A stretch of DNA of 64,000 nucleotides from Candidatus Uhrbacteria bacterium. Lineage in GTDB: Bacteria; Patescibacteriota; Patescibacteriia; 2-12-FULL-60-25. The notes below the pieces were generated by a model. That model had not been told where the DNA came from, ran no database searches, and saw only the letters and a program-made list of their open reading frames with translations. The number at the start of each line of letters is the position of its first letter. Positions within the stretch are counted from its first letter, which is position 1. The stretch covers positions 3,073 to 67,072 of the forward strand of contig JACRQE010000007.1 in assembly GCA_016222815.1 (NCBI GenBank), written 5' to 3'. Of this stretch, positions 57,239-64,000 are shown piece after piece. The translations under genes were made by a program, and so were the position numbers.

Positions 57239-59290
57239 TTATTTCTTGTCTTCAGTCTTATTTAGGAAGAGCCAGCCAAAACGCTTCGGTATCGAAGTGG
57301 TCGCCACCAGCCGCAACAATGTGCGCGTCACGATGATGGAGGTGAAGAGCGAAGTCAGGATGCCGATCGCCAGGGTCAACGCGAAGCCCTTGATGATCGA
57401 AGACGAGAACCAATACAGGACAGCGCACGAGATGAGCGTCGTCGTGTTTCCGTCGCGAATTGAAGGCCAGGCGCGCCTGAAGGCTTCTTCGATTGCCAAG
57501 ATCCAGCTCTTGCCTGATTTAAGTTCTTCCTTGAGGCGCTCGAACACCAGTACGTTAGCGTCCACCGCGATGCCGAGCGACAATATGAAGCCCGCGATGC
57601 CCGACAGGGTCAAAGTCACGGGCAAGAGCTTGAAGATCGAGAAAGATATGCCGACGTATAATCCCAGCGAAACGACCGCCAACAAACCAGCCGCCCGGTA
57701 CCAGATCAACATGAACAGGGCGACGAACACAAAACCCCAGATACCTGCTACCAGCGACTTGTTGACCGAGTCCTGGCCTAACGTGGATCCGACCGTTTGC
57801 TGGGCGATGAGTTTGATCGGCACCGGCAAAGCGCCCTGCTGCAGCCGCATGGCCTTAGTCTTGGCTTCTTCAATCGAATAGTTTCCTGTGATCACGGCCT
57901 GACCGTTGCTGATCTCGGTTTGGACCACCGGCGCAATTTCCACGTTACCGTCGAGGAAGATTGCGACGCGCTTGCCCACGTTGCGCTTGGTGATGTCAGC
58001 GAACATCTTGGTGCCTTCATCGTCGAACTGCAGGGCTATCTGCGGACTGCCTGTGCGCTGGTCGAAATCCAGCTTGGCGCTCTTGAGCTGTTTGCCGCCC
58101 AATTGCGTATCCTTCCATTCTCCCTGCGCCGGCAGGATGTCTGTGGATTGGGTCTTCTTGAAGAACACGGCGCGGACACGGACGTCATTTGCCGTCCGTT
58201 CATCCGACTTATAAATCAGGTGATAACCGAACTGCGTCTCAACGATATCGGAGACATCCCCCTTCTTCATTGCGTAAATGGCGTTCTCGAACGGTTCGAC
58301 CATCGCCCCCTTGCCGAACCAGCCCAAATCCCCGCCCATCTCTGACGCACCCGGTTCTTCGGAATACTTTTTCGCTTGCGCCACGAAATTCTGGGCTGTG
58401 GTCTCCTTCTTGATGTCTTCGATGACCTTCTTGGCTTCTTCCTTGGTCCGCGTCGTGGAAGTCGGAGCGCTTTGCGCCCCAGCCCACTGGATCAGGAGGT
58501 GGCTCCCCTTGACTTCCGGGTCCGCCGCTTTTAACTCTTCGGCCTTGGCGACGACGTAAGCTTCGGGCAAATCAATCACCCTGTTCAGCACTTCCCCGGA
58601 TTTGAGGTTCTTTACCGCATCATAAACGACTGCATATTGGGTCTTATCCTTGATGAAACCTAAATCCCCGCCCAAAACCTTGCTCGTCTCATCATCCGAA
58701 TGGTCTTTGGCCATCGCTTCCACCGAACCGGGATCTTTCATCGCCTTGGCCAAATCAGCCTCCGCATCCTTTTTGGCTGCGGCATTCTGTTCGTCCATCT
58801 TCTTCTGTTCGTCCGCGGTCAAGGAACGCGGCGGTTCGTTATTCTCTTCCTTGAACTCAAGGATGGGGGTTTCGCCGATGAGCTTGATCGCCTGGTTGAC
58901 ATCTTTGATACCTGCCAGTTCGACCGACACGCGCCATGAATCACCGGCCTGCGCCGTGGTGATGAGCGGTTCCGAGACGCCTAGCGAATTGACGCGTCTC
59001 TCGATGACGTCGCGTACGCCGTCCAACGATGTCGAACGGTCCGTCGCCGGGACCTTGGAGACGTCGGCTTCGTACTCAAGACGAGTTCCGCCCTGGAGGT
59101 CCAGGCCGAGCACAAAGCCTTTTTCCACATGGCCCAAATGCGTCCCGACCCAGTAATTCAACCAATCGATGGCTCGGTTGGTGGCCGGCGGATAAGCGAT
59201 GCCTCCGACCAGCAGAGCTAAAACCAACAATAGCAAAGCGCGCTTTCTGACGGCTGAGCGCGGTAAAGAAACCGTAGTGGGTTTTGACAT
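57239..59290 (-). CDS. secD: Protein translocase subunit SecD with inserted tandem parvulin (PPIase) domains
   Basis: LGLDLQGG, IERRVNSLGVSEP, GALPVP, AVDANVLVFERLKEE, IKGFA; insert has GGDLG twice, SHLLI and TQFGYHLI. Start at ATG 59290 (track TTG overlaps the -10). Confidence 0.95.
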   Translation of the reverse strand: MSKPTTVSLPRSAVRKRALLLLVLALLVGGIAYPPATNRAIDWLNYWVGTHLGHVEKGFVLGLDLQGGTRLEYEADVSKVPATDRSTSLDGVRDVIERRVNSLGVSEPLITTAQAGDSWRVSVELAGIKDVNQAIKLIGETPILEFKEENNEPPRSLTADEQKKMDEQNAAAKKDAEADLAKAMKDPGSVEAMAKDHSDDETSKVLGGDLGFIKDKTQYAVVYDAVKNLKSGEVLNRVIDLPEAYVVAKAEELKAADPEVKGSHLLIQWAGAQSAPTSTTRTKEEAKKVIEDIKKETTAQNFVAQAKKYSEEPGASEMGGDLGWFGKGAMVEPFENAIYAMKKGDVSDIVETQFGYHLIYKSDERTANDVRVRAVFFKKTQSTDILPAQGEWKDTQLGGKQLKSAKLDFDQRTGSPQIALQFDDEGTKMFADITKRNVGKRVAIFLDGNVEIAPVVQTEISNGQAVITGNYSIEEAKTKAMRLQQGALPVPIKLIAQQTVGSTLGQDSVNKSLVAGIWGFVFVALFMLIWYRAAGLLAVVSLGLYVGISFSIFKLLPVTLTLSGIAGFILSLGIAVDANVLVFERLKEELKSGKSWILAIEEAFRRAWPSIRDGNTTTLISCAVLYWFSSSIIKGFALTLAIGILTSLFTSIIVTRTLLRLVATTSIPKRFGWLFLNKTEDKK

Positions 59291-59304
59291 ATAGAATCTG
59301 GCCA

Positions 59305-59333
59305 AGTCTAGCTAAAAGACGCGGTTTAGGCAA
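59305..59333 (-). promoter_or_regulatory. Promoter of secDF
   Basis: TTGCCT-17-TAGACT, 14 nt upstream of the ATG. Confidence 0.55.
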
Positions 59334-59416
59334 GAACCGGATATGAACAGCCTCCGTTGAGGCCTCGATGGGCCAAATATCAGGGAAAATTCGAAAAATT
59401 CTACCCTTTCCAGAAA

Positions 59417-60364
59417 CTACTCCTCAAATTCGTATTTATACTTCGTCACGCCCTTGCGATACGCCGAAAGTTTGTCCAAATTTTCATGAATGAATTCCGT
59501 CCGATTGCCATCTTTGTCATGTTTGACCGTTTGTCGCCAAATCGGCCGATTCGTATCTCCGAAATAATTCGTTTCGACCACTGTCCGTCCATCGTCAGAA
59601 TATTCGAACACTGTTTCACCGAATGGTTCATTTTCGTTCCCCACATAGCCCCGTTCGACCCTGATGAGCTTGTCGCCGTCATAGATGCTCCGATACCAAG
59701 TGCCCCTGCCTGTTGATACGTCCTCGACCCATCGCTCCATTGTCTTTCGGCCTTGGTCGTCGTATTCGTAGGACTTGACTCCCCTTTCATGCTTCACCAT
59801 CTTCCCTTGTTCCGCATCGAAGACTTCACCTATGGTCGCTTCTTTGGCCAGATTACCTTGTCCGTCATATTCAAGTTTATGCGTAGAACCGCCGTATGCC
59901 GACTCTATCTCGACGATTTTAGGTTTGCGCGAATCTCCGTCATATTCATAAACCATGGCGCTTGTCCGCTTCTGCTCGGCGGATTTCCCTGACCATGGAT
60001 CGAGCCTGCCCTTGAATGTCCATTCCCGATAGCTCATCTCCAGCCTCCCGCGCTCATCGTACGCGAATGTTTCCTCGATGTGGTGACTGGTCTCTGGAGT
60101 GCGTCTGTTGGTGTTTCCGATCAGATTCCCTTCTTCTATGGCTTTCGCGATCCTGCTTGCCCGTTCGAGTTCTTTAGCCGGATAAACATCCGTCACGGTC
60201 TTGATCAACCTGCCTTTGTCATCGTATTCATGGACCGTCTCCCAAGTCGAGCCGTCATGCAATTCGATTTTCTTTCGTATCCGCGGTTTTTCCTTCTCTT
60301 TCGATTCGGCCGCCGGCTTGAACGGGGTTTCGGCGATACCTCCCGGCACTTTGAAGTTCGGCAT
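59417..60364 (-). CDS. YD/RHS-like repeat protein
   Basis: Repeated EYDDKGR, AYDERGR, EYDGQGN, EYDDQGR, EYSDDGR, HDKDGN. Confidence 0.75.
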   Translation of the reverse strand: MPNFKVPGGIAETPFKPAAESKEKEKPRIRKKIELHDGSTWETVHEYDDKGRLIKTVTDVYPAKELERASRIAKAIEEGNLIGNTNRRTPETSHHIEETFAYDERGRLEMSYREWTFKGRLDPWSGKSAEQKRTSAMVYEYDGDSRKPKIVEIESAYGGSTHKLEYDGQGNLAKEATIGEVFDAEQGKMVKHERGVKSYEYDDQGRKTMERWVEDVSTGRGTWYRSIYDGDKLIRVERGYVGNENEPFGETVFEYSDDGRTVVETNYFGDTNRPIWRQTVKHDKDGNRTEFIHENLDKLSAYRKGVTKYKYEFEE

Positions 60365-60426
60365 ATTGGTCCAATCATAGCAAATCCTCGCGCTTCGGTT
60401 AATCCCTTCTTCCGCAAATCCATCCC

Positions 60427-60466
60427 TTTACAAAAATTCAGTTTAAGTGTATTTTCCGAGCGAGGT
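60427..60466 (+). promoter_or_regulatory. Promoter and SD of orphan cassette D
   Basis: TTTACA-17-TATTTT, then GAGGT 6 nt before the ATG. Confidence 0.55.
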
Positions 60467-60472
60467 TGAAAA

Positions 60473-60991
60473 ATGAAGAAAGGAACCAAGCTCTTTATAC
60501 TTATCGGGCCTCCTGAAGCCGGGAAGATGGTCCTGGCCGAAGCCTTGGCCAAAACCTACGGCAACAAGATCGAACTCATGCCGCGTTTGACCAACAAGCC
60601 GCCGAATATGATCAATCGGTCGGCTGGCTACGTCCGGCGCGTGACTCCGACGACCCTCAAACGCCATTTCCAAGACGGTCGCCTGATCTTAACCCGCGAA
60701 AACGAGTACATGTCCGGTTTCGACCGGGAACGGCTCGACCGTCTGCTCCAGAAAAAACATGTAGTCATCGTCACTGATGAGGACGGCGTCCGCGAACTCA
60801 AAAGCCAGACCAACGACGATGGTCGCCCCAAATACCGCATCTTCGTCATTCGCGTCGTCTTGCGCAAAAAAGAGACGGACTCGAATCCTCCACCCTCGGA
60901 CCTGACGGTCGATATGGAAATCCTGACCGGTTTCGGTCCAGACTGGGCGGTCCATGAACTCTCGCGTCACCTGCCCAGGCTCATCGCTTGA
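60473..60991 (+). CDS. Degenerate guanylate-kinase-like P-loop protein (orphan cassette D)
   Basis: LFILIGPPEAGK, PRLTNKPP, VVIVTDEDGVRELK resemble the Gmk/PhnN pattern. Confidence 0.6.
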   Translation: MKKGTKLFILIGPPEAGKMVLAEALAKTYGNKIELMPRLTNKPPNMINRSAGYVRRVTPTTLKRHFQDGRLILTRENEYMSGFDRERLDRLLQKKHVVIVTDEDGVRELKSQTNDDGRPKYRIFVIRVVLRKKETDSNPPPSDLTVDMEILTGFGPDWAVHELSRHLPRLIA

Positions 60992-61004
60992 CCACTCCTA
61001 CAAC

Positions 61005-61042
61005 GCAGCCCCGCGCTCCCCGCCGGGCTGCTTTCTTTTTTT
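61005..61042 (+). terminator. Terminator of cassette D
   Basis: GCAGCCC...GGGCTGC followed by TTTCTTTTTTT. Confidence 0.7.
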
Positions 61043-61073
61043 CATCTGACCCTTTATCGGCGCGTCCGCTGTA

Positions 61074-63812
61074 TCAGAGGCTCTGGCCGTGGCACTTCTT
61101 GAATTTTTTCCCTGACCCGCAAGGGCAAGGGTCGTTCCGGCCGACCTTGTCGAACTGTCCGCCGGTCTGCGTCGCCTCGCCCGATAGCCCGGACGAAGCC
61201 GTGACGGCGTTGTCTTTCGATGGTCCCGAAAACTGGAGCGCGTTCTGTCCGCGCACCTGCCGCCGTTCCTCGAAAGCCGCCACGTCCTTGACCAGCTGTA
61301 TCTTGAAGATGGTATTGGCGACCTGCTTGTCGATCGTGGCCAAAAGCTCGTTGAACATGCGGTATGCTTCGCGTTTGTATTCCACCAGCGGATCGCGCTG
61401 GCCATAGCCCTGGAGACCGATGCCGTGGCGCAAGTGGTCCATGGAATCCAGATGTTCGACCCACAACGTGTCTATGGCATGGACGAGCAATGTCTTCTCG
61501 ACTTCATTCATGCGCACCGAATCGCCGACCGCATCTTCGATTTCCTGGTAGGCTTTACGCGCCGGCTCCATCAGCCCTTCGATGATCGATGTCCGTTTGA
61601 CCGCGATATCCGCGCGGCCTTCAAGCTCGGTCGCTATCAATTCGAGTTTTCCTTTGACGTTGGCCGTGGGCGGCAGCATGGTCACGCACGCCTTCTCGAT
61701 CTCGTCCAGATGCCAGGCCGACGGATCCTCTTCGGCCGTATGGAACAGCACGATCTGTTCTATCTCCGCCTCAATCGCCTGCATGACGATGGTCTTGAGC
61801 GGCCGCTCGCCTTCCGTCGTCCGTTCGCCGGATTGCTTCAGGGTTTCGCGCCGTTTGTTGTAGATGACCGTGCGGTGGCGGTTGAGCACATCGTCGTATT
61901 CGAGCAGATGTTTGCGGATGTCGAAGTTATGGCCTTCGACTTTCTTCTGCGCCGACTCGATGGCCCGCGACAAGACCCGGCTCTCGATAGGCTGATCATC
62001 CGGCAACCCGAGCATATCCATGCGTTTCTTCATCTTTTCCGAACCGAAGATACGCATCAAATCGTCTTCCATGGAAACGCAGAACTGGGTGGAACCTGGG
62101 TCACCTTGGCGTCCGGCGCGGCCGCGCAGCTGGTTGTCGATGCGCCGCGATTCGTGACGTTCGGTGCCGAGGACATGCAACCCGCCCAAACCCTTCACCT
62201 CTTCCGCTTCTTCCGCAGTCGGCGGATTTCCGCCCAGGATGATGTCCACGCCGCGTCCGGCCATGTTGGTCGCCAGCGTCACCGCGCCTCTGCGTCCGGC
62301 CTGGGCGATATATTCGGCTTCGCGTTCATGGTTCTTGGCGTTCAGCATGTTGAACGGGATGCCTTCGGTCTTGAGCAATTCAGCCAGGAGCTCGTTTTTC
62401 TCAATCGAAGCCGTACCTATCAAAATCGGCTGGCCTTTCTCGTGGCGCTCCCTGATTTCCTGGACAACGGCTTTGAATTTCCCGAGCTCGTTCTTGTATA
62501 CGCGGTCTTGCAAGTCTTTGCGCTGAGTCGTCTTGTTCGTCGGGATGGTCAGCACCTCAAGCTTGTAGATCTTGTGGAATTCTTCCGCTTCGGTCACGGC
62601 CGTACCGGTCATGCCGGCCAGTTTCCCGTACATGCGGAACAGGTTCTGGAAGGTGATGGTGGCCATGGTCACGGATTCGCGCTGGATATCCGCGTGTTCC
62701 TTGGCTTCTATAGCCTGGTGCAAGCCTTCAGAATAACGTCGTCCATGCATCAAGCGTCCCGTGAATTCGTCCACAATGATGACTTCGCCGTCTTTGACCA
62801 CATAATCTTTGTCCAGTTTGAACAGGGTCTGCGCGCGCAATGCCTGCTCCAGGTGATGGACCAGACGCACTCCACCTTGGACGTAAAGGTTGTCCACGCC
62901 CAGCATCTTCTCGATCTTCTCGATGCCTGATTCGGTGATGGTCGCGGTCCGCAGTTTCTCGTCGATGACGTAATCCGAGGCTGCGTCCAAACGCGTCACC
63001 AAATCAGCGAAACGATAATAGAGCTCCGCCGCTTCTTCGGCCGGTGCCGAGATGATGAGCGGCGTACGCGCTTCGTCGATCAGAATGGAGTCGACTTCGT
63101 CCACGATGGCGTAATTCAATTCGCGCTGCACCATGTCTTCCAGGCGCGGCGCCATGTTGTCGCGCAGATAATCGAAACCGAATTCGTTGTTCGTCCCGTA
63201 AGTTATATCCGCGGTATAAGCCTCCTTCCGGCTGACCGGTCGCAGATAATCCATATCCACCCGGAAACTCCCCGTCTCGTCGCGCTCCTCGTCGTGTTCA
63301 GGTTCAGCTTTGAAACCAGGGTCATATCGGAACCCGCTCTCATGCTGGATACAGCCGATGGTCAAACCCAACGCATGGTAGACCTGGCCCATCCAAGCTG
63401 TATCGCGGCGCGCCAGGTAATCGTTGACCGTGACCAGATGCACGCCCTTGCCGGTCAAAGCGTTGAGATAAATCGGCGCCACGGCCGTCAAAGTCTTGCC
63501 TTCACCAGTCCTCATTTCCGCGATCATGCCCCGATGCAGGACTATGCCGCCGATGAGCTGGACATCGTATTGCCTCTGCTTCAACGCCCGGGAAGACGCT
63601 TCACGCACCACGGCGAAAGCTTCGGGCAAAATATCATCCAAAGTCTCGCCTTTTTCCAGGCGTTCCTTGAATTCAGCGGTCTTTGCTTTCAAACCTTCGT
63701 CAGACAATGTCTTGATCGTCGGCTCTAAAGCATTAATCTGCTCAAGAATTGGGCTTAGCTTGGCGATTTCTTTGGCATTCGGGTCTCCGAAGAGTTTGGT
63801 CAGGATGCTCAT
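61074..63812 (-). CDS. secA: Preprotein translocase SecA
   Basis: [53 protein letters not shown]. Confidence 0.99.
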   Translation of the reverse strand: MSILTKLFGDPNAKEIAKLSPILEQINALEPTIKTLSDEGLKAKTAEFKERLEKGETLDDILPEAFAVVREASSRALKQRQYDVQLIGGIVLHRGMIAEMRTGEGKTLTAVAPIYLNALTGKGVHLVTVNDYLARRDTAWMGQVYHALGLTIGCIQHESGFRYDPGFKAEPEHDEERDETGSFRVDMDYLRPVSRKEAYTADITYGTNNEFGFDYLRDNMAPRLEDMVQRELNYAIVDEVDSILIDEARTPLIISAPAEEAAELYYRFADLVTRLDAASDYVIDEKLRTATITESGIEKIEKMLGVDNLYVQGGVRLVHHLEQALRAQTLFKLDKDYVVKDGEVIIVDEFTGRLMHGRRYSEGLHQAIEAKEHADIQRESVTMATITFQNLFRMYGKLAGMTGTAVTEAEEFHKIYKLEVLTIPTNKTTQRKDLQDRVYKNELGKFKAVVQEIRERHEKGQPILIGTASIEKNELLAELLKTEGIPFNMLNAKNHEREAEYIAQAGRRGAVTLATNMAGRGVDIILGGNPPTAEEAEEVKGLGGLHVLGTERHESRRIDNQLRGRAGRQGDPGSTQFCVSMEDDLMRIFGSEKMKKRMDMLGLPDDQPIESRVLSRAIESAQKKVEGHNFDIRKHLLEYDDVLNRHRTVIYNKRRETLKQSGERTTEGERPLKTIVMQAIEAEIEQIVLFHTAEEDPSAWHLDEIEKACVTMLPPTANVKGKLELIATELEGRADIAVKRTSIIEGLMEPARKAYQEIEDAVGDSVRMNEVEKTLLVHAIDTLWVEHLDSMDHLRHGIGLQGYGQRDPLVEYKREAYRMFNELLATIDKQVANTIFKIQLVKDVAAFEERRQVRGQNALQFSGPSKDNAVTASSGLSGEATQTGGQFDKVGRNDPCPCGSGKKFKKCHGQSL

Positions 63813-63822
63813 AAGTAGAGGC

Positions 63823-63851
63823 ATTCTAGACCGGAAAGCTGAATTTTACAA
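63823..63851 (-). promoter_or_regulatory. Promoter of secA
   Basis: TTGTAA-17-TAGAAT, 10 nt upstream of ATG 63812. Confidence 0.65.
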
Positions 63852-63861
63852 TCAGCTGATC

Positions 63862-63893
63862 GCAAAAGGGTGCGGCATGCCGCACCCTTTTGC
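63862..63893. terminator. Perfect 32-bp palindrome, intrinsic terminator
   Basis: GCAAAAGGGTGCGGCATGCCGCACCCTTTTGC. Confidence 0.8.
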
Positions 63894-63909
63894 TGTCTAT
63901 CAGGCTATC

Positions 63910-64000
63910 CTATCTAGTTGCCCTGCAGGCATTATAATCTGCCTTCATCGTGTCTTTAGCTGCTTTCATCGCGGTCGAATAAGCCTGGTTGGCGGATTTC
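63910..64000 (-). CDS. 3' end of an Ala/Lys-rich hypothetical protein (partial)
   Basis: Open frame KSANQAYSTAMKAAKDTMKADYNACRATR-stop followed by a terminator. Confidence 0.5.
   Translation of the reverse strand, partial: KSANQAYSTAMKAAKDTMKADYNACRATR

Noticed and set aside
61425..62930. 501-aa plus-strand ORF, and similar long antisense ORFs over dnaK, pyrG and secDF
   Set aside because: Antisense shadows expected from codon bias in conserved genes.

Overview
Bacterial chromosomal window, most genes on the minus strand, standard genetic code. Gene content and architecture point to a Patescibacteria/CPR (Parcubacteria-like) genome; this taxonomy is inferred from the short AlaRS, RpoA without a CTD, VirD4-like ATPase and SD-less near-leaderless genes. 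Contents in order: heat-shock operon hrcA-grpE-hsp20-dnaK-DUF3467-like-dnaJ with a CIRCE operator; MacAB-type ABC exporter with an AbrB-type regulator; translin/TRAX-like gene; tRNA-Lys(TTT); mraY-ftsW-murG; rpmA; pyrG; S41 peptidase; glycosylation genes (GT-C, flippase, GT4, GT2, GT2/O-antigen-ligase fusion); priA-def-fmt; infA and the alpha operon to rpsI; alaS, mnmA, rlmN; cell-wall peptidases; VirD4/TraG-like ATPase pair; secD-secF; secA. No CRISPR array, rRNA, integrase or transposase was seen. Most notable: (1) SecD carries about 240 aa with two parvulin (PPIase) modules inserted in its extracytoplasmic domain; (2) four stand-alone orphan gene cassettes share one promoter/SD/terminator design, two with a boxA-like motif; (3) a group of orphans share an N-terminal F-[EK] motif, one reachable only by a frameshift at a U_UUA_AAC site; (4) three families of short repeats (GTAG-REP, (T/C)GTC palindromes, 7-bp tandem arrays) invade both intergenic and coding DNA in frame. 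All product calls come from motif recognition only; no database search was run.
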